Shown in pieces: positions 8,730-19,671 of a stretch of DNA of 30,787 bases. Location of the stretch: positions 1 through 30,787 of the forward strand of contig JBNPEG010000046.1 in NCBI GenBank assembly GCA_051117555.1. The letters are read 5' to 3'. Made by a program: the position numbers and the translations under genes. The notes beneath the pieces are model-generated. The model was given only the letters and a program-made list of their open reading frames with translations. It was not told where the DNA came from and did not search any database. The stretch comes from Elainellaceae cyanobacterium (lineage in GTDB: Bacteria > Cyanobacteriota > Cyanobacteriia > CAZCXK01). Within the stretch, counting starts at the first letter, position 1, and every line of letters begins with the position of its first letter.

Positions 8730-9575
8730 TTAATCCCGTGTGGCAGACATCACCCCGAAGCGAATCAACCCTCGTTCATAGCCGCGACGCATCAAACCCA
8801 GCGACATTGCAGCTTGAACAGTTTTCCAACCCGATTTCGCTAGCCCAATCAACGCTTTAGGCGAGAAGGCGGAGTCGATTACGATTTTCCAAAAGGGGGC
8901 GACAGCAGTCGACCAATCTGCGGTGCGAATGGTTTGAAAGCCAATATCTTGGGCGATCGCCTCATAGTCTGGTAACGAAATCACATAGGGTAAACAATAG
9001 ACGCGATAGATATCGTCGAGATGCTTTTGCTCATCGGGCGTTAGGTCTCCATGCGGGGGTGCCGTCGGTCGATGACACCAGGTCGCCATCAGAAAAGTGC
9101 CGCCGGGTTTCAGGACTCGATGACATTCCTGCAAAAACTTGACTTTATCGGGCATGTGTTCGCCACTTTCTAGCGACCACACCAGATCAAATGACTGGTC
9201 AGCAAAGGGCAAATCTAGGGCATCGGCGACGTGAAAAGTGGCATCCAGATTTGCGTGTTGGGCGCGCTCGGTCGCTCGATTGGCTTGTATGGGGCTGAGA
9301 GTCACACCGGTGGCGATCGCATTAAACGCCTCTGCTAGGTGTAAAGAACTGCCCCCAATGCCACAGCCCACATCTAGAATCTGATTAGCCTGCTCAACCC
9401 GCCCCCACGCTAGCAGTTCCTCGATGAGATCAATTTGGGCTTGGCGACGTTCTTTGCGCTCGTTGCCGTCTGCACCATACCAGCCGTGGTGCATGTGCTC
9501 ACCCCAAATTTGCTCCCATAATCCTGATGATGCATCGTAAAAATCTTGAATTTGCTTTTTCAGAGTTGAGGTCAT
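8730..9575 (-). CDS. vte4: Gamma-tocopherol methyltransferase (SAM-dependent)
   Basis: IQDFYDASSGLWEQIWGEHMHHG, LDVGCGIGGS, FDLVWSLESGEHMPDK. Start taken at MTSTL (9575) rather than 9635. Confidence 0.85.
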   Translation of the reverse strand: MTSTLKKQIQDFYDASSGLWEQIWGEHMHHGWYGADGNERKERRQAQIDLIEELLAWGRVEQANQILDVGCGIGGSSLHLAEAFNAIATGVTLSPIQANRATERAQHANLDATFHVADALDLPFADQSFDLVWSLESGEHMPDKVKFLQECHRVLKPGGTFLMATWCHRPTAPPHGDLTPDEQKHLDDIYRVYCLPYVISLPDYEAIAQDIGFQTIRTADWSTAVAPFWKIVIDSAFSPKALIGLAKSGWKTVQAAMSLGLMRRGYERGLIRFGVMSATRD

Positions 9576-9653
9576 AACTTCGCTGTAATCTCGTAGGGAA
9601 GACAGGTCAATTGACTTCCAGATTGTCTCATTCATTGTGAATCCAAACCAACT

Positions 9654-10988
9654 ATGACCGTTTCTAGGACGATTTGCCTGGGATTTTTAACTGTGATTGC
9701 TTTTGGCACATTGCTATTGATGCTGCCCATTTCCACCGCAGAGGGCGTTTGGAATGATCCCATTACGGCATTATTTACCGCCACCTCAGCCGTGTGCGTA
9801 ACTGGGCTGATTGTGGTCGATACTGGCACATACCATTCTCTTTTTGGCGAAGTTGTGATCCTACTGCTCATCCAAGTGGGGGGACTAGGGTACATGACGG
9901 CAACCACCTTCTTGCTAATTTTGCTGGGGCGGCGGTTTGGGCTGCGCGAAAAAATCGCAATCCAGAAATCTTTAGATATTCCCGGATTATCCAGCGCAGT
10001 GCAGCTTGTGCGATCGATCATCGCCATGACGCTGATTTTTGAAATTACAGGCATTTTCTGTCTGATGCCCATCTTCGCGGCTGATTTTGGCCCCGCCTAC
10101 GGATTGTGGCTCTCTATTTTTCATAGCGTGAGTGCATTTAATAACGCTGGATTCAGCCTATTTGAAGATAGCCTGACTCGCTACAATACGTCCCTCCCTA
10201 TGAATCTAATTATTCCAGCGCTCGTGATCTTAGGCGGAATAGGCTATCAGGTGATTATGGAGGTTTATCTCTGGCTGAGCGATCGCCTGCTCAATAAACC
10301 CGAACGCGTCGATTTTTCCTTAAATTTCAAAATCGCCACGAGCACAACGATTTTTCTGCTGATTTTGGGCACCATTGCATTTCTCTCTGCCGAATATCGG
10401 AGCCTTGAGGTGTTTGGAGAATTCAGCTTTGGCGAGAAACTAATGGTGGCCTGGTTTCACTCGGTCATGCCCCGGACTGCCGGCTTCAACTCCATTGACT
10501 ATGGGCAACTTCCCACTGTCACCCTCTTAATCACGATCGCCCTCATGTATGTGGGAGGCAGCCCAGGAAGTACGGCTGGCGGCATTAAGACGACTACCTT
10601 TCGCATTTTGTTTAGCAGCACTAAATCTGCATTACAAGGGAAGGAGGAGGTGTTATGTTATCAGCGGCAAATTCCCGTTATTTTGATCATGAAGGCGGTT
10701 GGAGTTGTGTTTGGTTCGGGCATAACCGTAATCGTTGTGACCACTCTCATCTCGATTACCGATCCTGATATAGACTTTATCCGTGTCATATTTGAAACCG
10801 TCTCTGCGTTTGCGACGGTTGGGCTATCGACAGGCATTACGGCTAGCCTTTCCGCAGCAGGCAAAGTCGCAATTATTGGCTCCATGTATGCAGGGCGAGT
10901 GGGAATTCTGTTGCTGATGTCTGCAATCTATGGTGATCCCAAGCCGAGCGTTATAAACTATCCCGAAGAAAATCTCTTGGTAGGCTAA
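9654..10988 (+). CDS. ktrB: KtrB/TrkH K+ uptake membrane subunit
   Basis: Four pore-loop motifs: SAVCVTGL, SAFNNAGF, PRTAGF, SAFATVGLS. Confidence 0.93.
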   Translation: MTVSRTICLGFLTVIAFGTLLLMLPISTAEGVWNDPITALFTATSAVCVTGLIVVDTGTYHSLFGEVVILLLIQVGGLGYMTATTFLLILLGRRFGLREKIAIQKSLDIPGLSSAVQLVRSIIAMTLIFEITGIFCLMPIFAADFGPAYGLWLSIFHSVSAFNNAGFSLFEDSLTRYNTSLPMNLIIPALVILGGIGYQVIMEVYLWLSDRLLNKPERVDFSLNFKIATSTTIFLLILGTIAFLSAEYRSLEVFGEFSFGEKLMVAWFHSVMPRTAGFNSIDYGQLPTVTLLITIALMYVGGSPGSTAGGIKTTTFRILFSSTKSALQGKEEVLCYQRQIPVILIMKAVGVVFGSGITVIVVTTLISITDPDIDFIRVIFETVSAFATVGLSTGITASLSAAGKVAIIGSMYAGRVGILLLMSAIYGDPKPSVINYPEENLLVG

Positions 10989-11312
10989 TCTGGGTTGGCT
11001 CGTTAGGAGAGGCAGCCATGGTCAGCAGATGGGGCGTCGTCTCCCCTCTCAGCTCGATATCAGATCGATCAGGGAATACAGATATAGAATACATTGAATA
11101 CATCACTGCCAATTCGAGAGAGAATCTTGAGGAGACTATCCATTGGCCGTTTGAGACATATAGCAATGTGCAATTGCGTCGTAAATTATCCTCTTACGCC
11201 CTGGCAAAACCCGCTATCGGAGTGTGTCAATCTAATCTCACATTACTCTTAGCCCTCGGCGGACACCCCATTCATAGGGAGGGGTTTACATTAATCAGCC
11301 TGGAGTAAACTT

Positions 11313-12026
11313 GTGAATCTGTCGTCATTATCGAGTTTGAGCTTTTTTCGCAACCTGAGGGGAGGCAGTCGGCAATTCGCCGTCGTTGGATTGGGGCGAT
11401 TTGGTCGTGCAGTGTGCACCACTCTCCACCACTTGGGCTACGAGGTCTTAGGGATTGATCATGATGAGCAGTTGGTTGCCCGTATTTTAACGGATCAACT
11501 CGCCGCTCATGCTCTCCAGTTAGACTCGACGAATCCTCAGGCTCTCAAAGAAGCCGGAGTATTTGATTTTGATACGGTGATTGTGGCGATCGGCAACTAT
11601 ATTCAAGAGAGCATCATCACCACGCTGAATCTTAAAGAAGCCGGCGTGCCTTATGTCGTTGCAAAAGCATCATCCGATATTCACGGGAAGCTGCTCCATC
11701 GCGTGGGCGCTGATCAGGTGGTCTTTCCAGAACATCAGATGGGATGCGCTCTGGCGCGATCGCTCACTCGGCCTGAAATTCTCGATCGCTTTGAGCTTGA
11801 TCCAGACCACAGCATTGTCGAGCGCAAAGTCCCAATCGAATTTGACGGCAAGACCATTGCTGAGCTTGACTTACGAAAACGCTATGGGTTAAATCTGCTG
11901 GCAGTGAGCTGTGATGAAACCAATGAAAAGTTTGAGATTAACCCCAGTCCGGTTTTACATCTCAACAAGGGAGCCGTAATGGTCGTGATTGGCTCAAACA
12001 AAAGTATCGATCAGCTGCCAATGTGA
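11313..12026 (+). CDS. ktrA: KtrA/TrkA RCK regulatory subunit
   Basis: VVGLGRFG Rossmann motif and RCK_C domain; adjacent to ktrB. Confidence 0.93.
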   Translation: MNLSSLSSLSFFRNLRGGSRQFAVVGLGRFGRAVCTTLHHLGYEVLGIDHDEQLVARILTDQLAAHALQLDSTNPQALKEAGVFDFDTVIVAIGNYIQESIITTLNLKEAGVPYVVAKASSDIHGKLLHRVGADQVVFPEHQMGCALARSLTRPEILDRFELDPDHSIVERKVPIEFDGKTIAELDLRKRYGLNLLAVSCDETNEKFEINPSPVLHLNKGAVMVVIGSNKSIDQLPM

Positions 12027-12040
12027 GGCAATCGGGAATC

Positions 12041-13435
12041 ATGCGCGTTATCGGGCTCATTAGCGGAACCTCAGCAGATGGAATTGATGCAGTCTTGGTT
12101 GATATTTCGGGAACACTTCTCGACCTCAATGTCACTCTCATTGCATCGGCGATGTTTCCTTATCCGGATTGGCTGCACGAGCAAATCTTGTCGGTGATTG
12201 GAGGGGCAGCCTTGTCGATGGAGGCGTTGGCAGCTTTAGACGATGCGATCGCCACCCAATTTGCTCAAGCTGCGCTCAATCTCCAGTCGGATCATGCCCC
12301 CGCCGATCTGATTGGTTCTCATGGGCAAACCGTATTCCATCGTCCGCCAGTCGGGCATACACAACGAAAGCCAGGAAACAGGTCTTTAAACTCAAGTGAT
12401 TTAGAGCAGCCCTCCGCCGGTTCAGAGCAGACGTCTGTAGACTTAGAGCGACCGTCTATCAGCCTACACCAGCGTGCTATTAGCACAACCCTTAGCGCTG
12501 AGCCACACGATGAGTCCCCACCAGACGCACGTGCTTTGACGCCTCAATTTTTTCCCCTTGGCTATAGCTTCCAACTCGGACGCGGAGATTTGATCGCCCA
12601 CCTTACGGAGATCACAACAGTTAACAACTTCCGTGCAGCAGATATCTCATTGCAAGGACATGGAGCCCCTCTAGTCTCGATGATGGATGTGTGCCTATTT
12701 AGCCACCCAACCCTCACGCGCTGTGCTCAAAACATCGGCGGCATTGGAAACTTAACCTATTTGCCTACCAAGAATTCTCACGAGACGTCACCCGATGATT
12801 GGTTCTCAGGCGTATATGGCTGGGATACTGGGCCTGGAAATAGCTTGATTGATTTGGCAGTACAGCATTTCTCAAAAGGGGAACAACACTACGATGCGAA
12901 TGGCGAATGGGCATCACGGGGAACGCCCTGTCAAACCTTAGTTAGACGTTGGCTCAAGCAAGACTTTTTTCAAATGCCGCCGCCCAAATCCACGGGGCGA
13001 GAAGAATTTGGCATCGATTATCTGCGCGAGTGTTTATGGGAGTCAAAAGCGTATACGCTTAGCCGATCTGACGTCTTAGCAACGCTCACGGAGCTAACGG
13101 CTGCCTCGATCGCCCATAGTTATCATACATTTCTAGATCACATGCCCGATCAGGTCTTGCTGAGCGGCGGGGGCAGCAAGAATGCCTATCTTCGGCAACG
13201 GTTGCAGGTGCATCTCGATCCGATTCCGGTGTTAACCACGGACGCGATAGGGGTCAATTCAGATTTTAAAGAGGCGATCGCCTTTGCAGTGTTGGCCTAT
13301 TGGCGATATCTCGGAATTCCTGGTAATCTCCCAAGTGTGACGGGAGCGAAAGGGGCTATTCCTTTGGGAAACATACACCGCTCACCCACCGTTCTACGTG
13401 ATAACATAGGATGCCTCTCTAAACCTGCGGATTAA
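12041..13435 (+). CDS. anmK: Anhydro-N-acetylmuramic acid kinase with a ~70-aa insertion
   Basis: [58 protein letters not shown]. Confidence 0.95.
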   Translation: MRVIGLISGTSADGIDAVLVDISGTLLDLNVTLIASAMFPYPDWLHEQILSVIGGAALSMEALAALDDAIATQFAQAALNLQSDHAPADLIGSHGQTVFHRPPVGHTQRKPGNRSLNSSDLEQPSAGSEQTSVDLERPSISLHQRAISTTLSAEPHDESPPDARALTPQFFPLGYSFQLGRGDLIAHLTEITTVNNFRAADISLQGHGAPLVSMMDVCLFSHPTLTRCAQNIGGIGNLTYLPTKNSHETSPDDWFSGVYGWDTGPGNSLIDLAVQHFSKGEQHYDANGEWASRGTPCQTLVRRWLKQDFFQMPPPKSTGREEFGIDYLRECLWESKAYTLSRSDVLATLTELTAASIAHSYHTFLDHMPDQVLLSGGGSKNAYLRQRLQVHLDPIPVLTTDAIGVNSDFKEAIAFAVLAYWRYLGIPGNLPSVTGAKGAIPLGNIHRSPTVLRDNIGCLSKPAD

Positions 13436-13475
13436 TGTTGGTAGTACTAGCGACCTTGGACTAAGGAACGTTACT

Positions 13476-13925
13476 GTGTCTCACACCTTTTTGCTTGAGG
13501 AAGGACGTTGGATGCTACAGGGGCATTGGCTCGATCGCCACGGCTTACCCACCCCTGTCAAGGGCGGAATTCTAGTCGCCTGGGGGAGAGACAACTGGTA
13601 TACTTCGGTCACAAAGCTGACCTTCCCCGGCAGTAATCGCGATGAAATTTCGTTTCAATATCGGGGTCGATTGAATGTCGATGATCGGCAATATACGTTT
13701 GTGTTGCAGCATAGCCTGCTGGGGCGAGTCGAAGGAGAAGGCTGGATCGCTCCAGAATCGATTGTGCAGCGGTATTGGGTTTTGGGCGATCGCAAGCGAC
13801 GAACTGGTTTTGAAACTTTATACCAGCTTGATGAAAATCGCTACTATATGTCGAGCAGCATTATGGCAGGGCATTATCTCACCAGCACCATGGAAGCCAT
13901 GGTGGAGCGGCAAATTTTAAGCTAG
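13476..13925 (+). CDS. Hypothetical beta-strand-rich protein (149 aa)
   Basis: GTG start with AAGGAA upstream; protein-like composition; convergent with the next gene. Confidence 0.8.
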   Translation: MSHTFLLEEGRWMLQGHWLDRHGLPTPVKGGILVAWGRDNWYTSVTKLTFPGSNRDEISFQYRGRLNVDDRQYTFVLQHSLLGRVEGEGWIAPESIVQRYWVLGDRKRRTGFETLYQLDENRYYMSSSIMAGHYLTSTMEAMVERQILS

Positions 13926-13981
13926 TTGCATACATTCACCGACCTATAGCAATTTTCAATTGCGCCAAGCACAGAAATGGG

Positions 13982-14012
13982 GGGTGTGTGGCGCGGCGTG
14001 CTCCACACACCC
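13982..14012. repeat. REP-like palindrome, possibly a bidirectional terminator
   Basis: GGGTGTGTGG...CCACACACCC 10-bp stem between convergent genes. Confidence 0.6.
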
Positions 14013-14051
14013 ATGCTTAACTCAATCGCATACCGCTGAATGACGTCATGA

Positions 14052-14810
14052 TCAAATCGCCTGCACATCCATACTGGTGTGCTGAGGCGTTGTCTCTTCA
14101 GAATATAGGGTCGTGAGCTGATACGACAGCGAATGATTCCACAGATCAATAAAATCTTTTAGATAATAGGGAATAGTCTTATCCGGCATTGAAAAATTGG
14201 CATCATCAGCATCATAAAAATGGAGGCGATCGATAGTTTCAAAACCTTTAGGCTCATATAAATTAGCTCGATATTTGCCTTGCTTATCGAGATCAGAAAA
14301 GCAATAGATTTGATAATAATTGCTGCCTAAAATATCTCGATATTGAAGGAGCATGTAAATATCAATGGGTTGAATAGGAAGATTAAAGGCGATCGCCAAC
14401 CGCTTTTGAAACGGCAGAATCGGAGCCCGAAAGCTACCTCGAATGCCATAATATCCAACTTTATCTGCTTGGAGAGGATATTTGCGATATCGAGGTTGAA
14501 TACAGGTTCGCATCAATGCAGAAATATCCATTATTTCTTCGGTATAGGCTCCGATGGCACTAGCATGAATGTCATGCGCCGGAACATATCCAATGTTGTA
14601 AATTTCTATTTTTATCTCTCTAGATGACGAATCGCTGGTCAAATCGCAGTGCAGATAGGGCGTCGTCGAAATATTTAACTGCCGCTCAATAATGCCGCGA
14701 TATAGGTGATTTTCTCGACGCACCTCATGCAACGTTCGATAGGAAAACCAAACGTAGACTCCGGTCATGAGAAATAAAACTACAATTCCCGATAAAACAG
14801 CAATTTCCAT
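14052..14810 (-). CDS. Hypothetical protein with an N-terminal membrane anchor
   Basis: 252-aa ORF; single hydrophobic N-terminal helix; AGGA upstream. Confidence 0.8.
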   Translation of the reverse strand: MEIAVLSGIVVLFLMTGVYVWFSYRTLHEVRRENHLYRGIIERQLNISTTPYLHCDLTSDSSSREIKIEIYNIGYVPAHDIHASAIGAYTEEIMDISALMRTCIQPRYRKYPLQADKVGYYGIRGSFRAPILPFQKRLAIAFNLPIQPIDIYMLLQYRDILGSNYYQIYCFSDLDKQGKYRANLYEPKGFETIDRLHFYDADDANFSMPDKTIPYYLKDFIDLWNHSLSYQLTTLYSEETTPQHTSMDVQAI

Positions 14811-14970
14811 AGACGAATCCTAAAAACAGCACACCATCGAGTCAAGATAAGACATTTAAATTCGTTAATAAACAGTTCGATTTCAACGATTTGAGGGATA
14901 CGAAGACGATAAGATAAGCAGATTACAGATCCCAATCATGACACTGTTTGTCGAGTCTATCGATTAATCT

Positions 14971-15207
14971 ATGAGTGAGTTTCCCCGTCACGTCGAGCAG
15001 TATGTTGATGCTGCTGCCCATCTCGTCGGATTATCGATCGCCCCAGAGTATCGTTCTGGCGTTGTAGAAAATGTCGAAACGCTCGTGGCGATCGCCCAGT
15101 CCGTGATGGAGTTTTCGCTGCCCGCTGATCTCGAAGCTGCGCCTAGTTTCTATCCTGATCCTCAGAGTTTGTCTCAACGGCCCTCTCAACCCGACTCTCA
15201 GCTATGA
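14971..15207 (+). CDS. AtzG-like / DUF4089 small amidase partner subunit
   Basis: YVDAAAHLVGLSIAPEYRSGVVEN...F.LP...EAAPSF; ATGA overlap with the amidase. Confidence 0.85.
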   Translation: MSEFPRHVEQYVDAAAHLVGLSIAPEYRSGVVENVETLVAIAQSVMEFSLPADLEAAPSFYPDPQSLSQRPSQPDSQL

Positions 15208-16604
15208 GCATTGATAGTTATGCAGATGCTGTTGCCACAGCAGCGGCAATTCGGCAGGGCGACACCAGTGCCGTTGCCGTGATGCAAGCAACTCTCCATC
15301 GAATCGCTCAATCCGATCCCGCCCTCAATTGTTTTACAACGCTCTTGGCGGATCAAGCGTTAGACTCGGCTCACGCTGTCGATCGGGCGATCGCAGCGGG
15401 TGATAATGGGGGCGTGTTGGCGGGTGTTCCCTTTGCCGTCAAAAATCTGTTTGATATCGAGGGCATTTCGACCCTGGCAGGCGCCAAAATCAACAAAGAG
15501 CATCCTCCAGCCATGCGGGATGCGACCGCCGTTTCTGCTCTCAAACGGGCAGGCGCGGTGCTGGTTGGAGCGCTTAATATGGACGAATATGCGTACGGAT
15601 TTGTCACCGAAAATAGCCACTACGGAGCAACCCACAATCCCCATGATCTGAGTCGCGTTGCGGGAGGCTCGTCAGGCGGTTCTGCTGCTGCCGTTGCCGG
15701 GGGCTTGGTGCCGATTACGCTCGGATCAGACACAAACGGCTCAATCCGCGTCCCGGCGTCATTTTGCGGAATTTTTGGGCTAAAGCCTACCTATGGTCGA
15801 TTATCTCGGGCTGGAGCATTTCTATTTGCCGCCAGTCTCGACCACATTGGCCCCTTTGCTCGGTCAGTTCGAGACATTGCCACCGTGTTCGATGCGCTCC
15901 AAGGCCCCGATGCGCGTGATCCGATTTGCACCCCGTTACCCCCCGACCCGTGTTTGCCTCAGTTGAACGGCGATCTTGATGGGGTCAACATGGCGATCGC
16001 AGGCGGGCATTTTGAGCAGGGCGCGGACCCGCCTGTTCAACAGGCTGTTGAACAGGTTGCTGCGGCATTAGGTATCACAAAAACGGTGATGATTCCTGAA
16101 CCCAGTCGAGCACGATCGGCTGCCTATTTAATCACTGCATCCGAAGGCAGCAATCTTCATCTGGAGAATCTCAAGATTCGCCCACAAGACTTTGACCCCG
16201 CTACGCGCGATCGCTTTCTCGCAGGGGCACTGATCCCAAGCAGTTGGTACATTCAAGCACAACGATTTCGTCGCTGGTACCGCGATCGCGTCCTAGAGAT
16301 TTTTCGAGACGTCGATGTCATCATCGCACCCACAACCCCCTGCATCGCCCCTAAAATTGGACAAACAACCATGATGCTGAACGGGGTCGAAGTCAAAACG
16401 CGTCCTAATCTGGGGCTCTATACCCAGCCCTTATCGTTCATCGGCTTGCCGATTTTATCCGTGCCGATTCACTCCCCCCGTACGTTGCCGGTTGGGGTGC
16501 AACTGATTGCAGCTCCCTATCGAGAGTCTTTGATCTTAAAGGTTGCTGCCACGCTAGAATCCAAAGGAATTATTTCTGCCCCCGTCGCTCAAATAAAAAT
16601 CTAA
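15204..16604 (+). CDS. atzE: AtzE-family amidohydrolase (amidase signature)
   Basis: VPFAVKNLFDI, LNMDEYAYGFVTENSHYG, GGSSGGS, GSDTNGSIRVPAS. Confidence 0.88.
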   Translation: MSIDSYADAVATAAAIRQGDTSAVAVMQATLHRIAQSDPALNCFTTLLADQALDSAHAVDRAIAAGDNGGVLAGVPFAVKNLFDIEGISTLAGAKINKEHPPAMRDATAVSALKRAGAVLVGALNMDEYAYGFVTENSHYGATHNPHDLSRVAGGSSGGSAAAVAGGLVPITLGSDTNGSIRVPASFCGIFGLKPTYGRLSRAGAFLFAASLDHIGPFARSVRDIATVFDALQGPDARDPICTPLPPDPCLPQLNGDLDGVNMAIAGGHFEQGADPPVQQAVEQVAAALGITKTVMIPEPSRARSAAYLITASEGSNLHLENLKIRPQDFDPATRDRFLAGALIPSSWYIQAQRFRRWYRDRVLEIFRDVDVIIAPTTPCIAPKIGQTTMMLNGVEVKTRPNLGLYTQPLSFIGLPILSVPIHSPRTLPVGVQLIAAPYRESLILKVAATLESKGIISAPVAQIKI

Positions 16605-16628
16605 GGGGAATGAGGATACGACTCAGCT

Positions 16629-17033
16629 ATGGAACGCAAAACAATTTCGAGTGGAACAACGTGGGAAAACCTAGCAGGATATTCTCGCCTGGTTCAAGTA
16701 GGACCATTTATTTACGTCTCAGGCACAACGGCAATCAACCGTGCTGGCGATATCCAAAGCCGTGACGATGTGTATGGGCAAGCCACTTATATTTTTCGAA
16801 AGATCGAGGCAACACTTCAGACCGTTGGCGCAGGGCTAGAGCATGTGGTTCGGACTCGTGTCTACGTCACCAATATTGAAGAATGGGAACAGGTGACTAA
16901 AGCTCACAAAGAGTTTTTTGATGACATTCGCCCGGCAAATACGTTGGTTGAAGTGAGCCGCCTGGCAGACCCCGGTATGCTCATCGAAATTGAGGTCGAT
17001 GTCGTGTTGCCAAACTCACTCGAATCGGTATGA
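16629..17033 (+). CDS. RidA/YjgF family protein
   Basis: GYSR, VSGTT, catalytic-type Arg in IRPANTLVEV, IEIE. Confidence 0.9.
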   Translation: MERKTISSGTTWENLAGYSRLVQVGPFIYVSGTTAINRAGDIQSRDDVYGQATYIFRKIEATLQTVGAGLEHVVRTRVYVTNIEEWEQVTKAHKEFFDDIRPANTLVEVSRLADPGMLIEIEVDVVLPNSLESV

Positions 17034-18205
17034 ACACCTACGACTGGATTGTGGTCGGCAATGGCTTAGCAGGCGCTGCTCTCAGCTACGAGCTTGCAAA
17101 TGCAGGATTTTCGGTCGTGTTGCTTGAAAAAGACAACGTTCTAGATAATGCAACCCGATACAGCTATGGCGGAATTGCTTACTGGTCAGGCAAAACCGAC
17201 TTAACTCGCCAGCTTTGCCAAGAGGGCATTCAGCGATATCAACAGTTATCAGACGAATTAGGCAATAATATTCGGTTTCGAGAGCTCGACCTAATTCTAA
17301 CCGTTTCCACCGACGCAGATCCTCAAACGACCGCATCGTCCTATGCAGATTGTGCGACTCCGCCGCAATGGATTGATCGCCAACAGGCCTGTGAACTAGA
17401 ACCCTTGCTGAATTCGGAGGCGATCGCCGGAGCGCTTACCACTCGTCATGGGCATGTCGATCCCGAATTACTGGTCAGCGCCTATAATCAGGCATTTTTG
17501 AGACAAGGCGGCACCGTCGCAATCGCCACCGTCACAGACGTGATGCGCGTCAACGATAGCATTAACGGAGTCATAACATCCCAAGGCACCTACCAGGGCG
17601 CAAATGTAGCCGTGTGCGCCGGTGGGTTCAGCCGTCGCCTGTTGCGCGATGCTGGCATTCAGGTTCGTCAATACTTCACCCATGCCGAATTGATTGAAAC
17701 TTCTCCTCTCTCTGCCTCTCTGCGTACGTTAGTGATGCCTGCCAATCTTCAACGATTCGCTCTCGAAGCCAAAGCTCGCCAGCCCGAAACCGATCCCCTG
17801 TGGGATGAACCCGGTCACGAAATTGTTGCCCCCATTCTGGATGCGGGAGCTATTCAATTTCAAGAGGGTCGAATTCGAATCGGACAAATCAGCCGCGCCT
17901 TGACGAATCTTGATGAATGCATGGATGCAGAACAAAGCGAGGCTGAAATCCGCGCTGGAATTGCCCCTATTCTGCCGCCGCTTGCGTCCCTTCCAGGGCA
18001 ATGGCATCACTGTTTGGTTGCGTTCAGCGGTGATGGTTTACCCCTTATTGGAGCGTTTCCAGGATTGGACGGGCTTTATTTATTTTCCGGCTTCAGTAAC
18101 CCATTTACCATTTTGCCTCCTTTGGCAAGGCGATTTGCGGCTCACAGTCCCGAGCATCCCGACGCAATTATTCAGCAATTGTCCCCTGATCGGCTCATTG
18201 TATAG
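17030..18205 (+). CDS. FAD-dependent oxidoreductase (DAO/glycine oxidase-like)
   Basis: IVVGNGLAGAA dinucleotide fold, DGLPLIG; ATGA overlap with the RidA gene. Confidence 0.9.
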   Translation: MNTYDWIVVGNGLAGAALSYELANAGFSVVLLEKDNVLDNATRYSYGGIAYWSGKTDLTRQLCQEGIQRYQQLSDELGNNIRFRELDLILTVSTDADPQTTASSYADCATPPQWIDRQQACELEPLLNSEAIAGALTTRHGHVDPELLVSAYNQAFLRQGGTVAIATVTDVMRVNDSINGVITSQGTYQGANVAVCAGGFSRRLLRDAGIQVRQYFTHAELIETSPLSASLRTLVMPANLQRFALEAKARQPETDPLWDEPGHEIVAPILDAGAIQFQEGRIRIGQISRALTNLDECMDAEQSEAEIRAGIAPILPPLASLPGQWHHCLVAFSGDGLPLIGAFPGLDGLYLFSGFSNPFTILPPLARRFAAHSPEHPDAIIQQLSPDRLIV

Positions 18206-18248
18206 ACATACCTATATATAGCAATCCCGGAAAGATTGGGAGCCTAAG

Positions 18249-19535
18249 CTAGGCGATAAATGATACGTTGAGCCTACCAAAATGCGCACTCAAGGCAACA
18301 TTCAGCATTTCGAGCGCTTCTACTAACCAATGAACGGTGCTTTGAGCATATTCTTCGTAGTGGCTAAATAAGATTGAGAATCGCCGTTCTAGGCAAGGGC
18401 GCACCTTGCGACACAGTAGGATGACTTTTAAAAATAAACCTGTTGTCAAGATAGGACCCAAATTAGATAGTAAATCTACAAAAACAAAGTGTTGGGGCTG
18501 TTGGAGACTATCAACAATTAGGAAATTCAACAACTGGGCACATGTCCTGACCAGGAGAAAATCATTGACTCCCTGGTCATCACTTTCAGGAAGAGTATTT
18601 TGCAGATGTTCGCACAGTAGCTTATTAAACTGGCGATTCCCGTAAGACGGGTCAATCCCTGATGTCATGTAGTCATACAGATCGCGCTTAAATTTTGAGT
18701 ATGAACGAACCTGATGGTCGGTATGGGTAATAAAATTTAGGGCTAAATCTCGATAGGTCCGTCCGCCTTCAACGCGACCCACATAATGTTTGATAGCTCG
18801 ATTCAAGTCTCGATCAGGCAGCAGCGTTGGATTAGGAATAGGGTAGATCAATCGTTGCGCCGATCTTGAGTCAGGTTGAACCGCAAGTTGAGAAAGTCGC
18901 GTTTGATAGGTCACATATTTAGACAAATCAATCTCAAACTGTCGGCGAACATGCGACTGAATTTGCTTAACGGTCGATTTCTGTTCAGTCGTACTATCGT
19001 CTCCTAAGAGACAATGCTCATATAGATAAGGGTATCGGCGAATTAGCGTTCCTAACGGGTAGTTTCCTGAGTTCGCGCCTAAATCGGATGCTTCACTGAG
19101 AACCTGAGCAAGTCGTTTTAACTTGAGATATTGTTCAGTGTCTGTAAAATTTTTGACGAGTTCGCGTAAACGTCGGGTGGAGCGATAGCGTAAGTGTCCA
19201 ACAGTCGGAGCGTCTGGGACAGATTCAAACTGGTCAATAAGGTCTGGAATCGAAAGCTGGAGCTGAGGGCGAGCCTGCCACCGGTTGATGAGAATGTGGC
19301 AGCAACGATTGAGGACATAGCGGAAGTCTTCAGTCGCGACGTGAGACGCTGTAACCCGATCGAGAGCCGCTGCGATTTCTGGATCTGAATAGCTGTGACC
19401 TTCTATGAACAGCGAGCGGAACCGCTGAATCATCCGATCAGGCGACTCTAGCTCAATCCAATGGAGTAGATGGTCATAGACCTTCTGCTCATCTGGACTG
19501 ATCTGCCGATTGTATGATCCTATTCGCCTAGCCAC
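18249..19535 (-). CDS. Hypothetical alpha-helical protein (428 aa)
   Basis: Long ORF; GTG start preceded by GAGGAG; no family recognised. Confidence 0.85.
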   Translation of the reverse strand: MARRIGSYNRQISPDEQKVYDHLLHWIELESPDRMIQRFRSLFIEGHSYSDPEIAAALDRVTASHVATEDFRYVLNRCCHILINRWQARPQLQLSIPDLIDQFESVPDAPTVGHLRYRSTRRLRELVKNFTDTEQYLKLKRLAQVLSEASDLGANSGNYPLGTLIRRYPYLYEHCLLGDDSTTEQKSTVKQIQSHVRRQFEIDLSKYVTYQTRLSQLAVQPDSRSAQRLIYPIPNPTLLPDRDLNRAIKHYVGRVEGGRTYRDLALNFITHTDHQVRSYSKFKRDLYDYMTSGIDPSYGNRQFNKLLCEHLQNTLPESDDQGVNDFLLVRTCAQLLNFLIVDSLQQPQHFVFVDLLSNLGPILTTGLFLKVILLCRKVRPCLERRFSILFSHYEEYAQSTVHWLVEALEMLNVALSAHFGRLNVSFIA

Positions 19536-19671
19536 AACATTGATGCTCCTCTAGCTAAACTCTACCTATAAGGGCTGAGCCATACCAAAACTGTGTCTTC
19601 TCTACATAATGCCCCTCTAAACAAATTTAATCGAGACGATGAGATAGAGATTAATATGAACATGCCAAGCT

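Noticed and set aside
11018..11308. 96-aa ORF between ktrB and ktrA
   Set aside because: No family recognised; a GGAGG upstream is the only support. Left uncalled.
14913..14926. Possible NtcA site upstream of atzG
   Set aside because: GAT-N8-TAC is only a half match and has no properly spaced -10.
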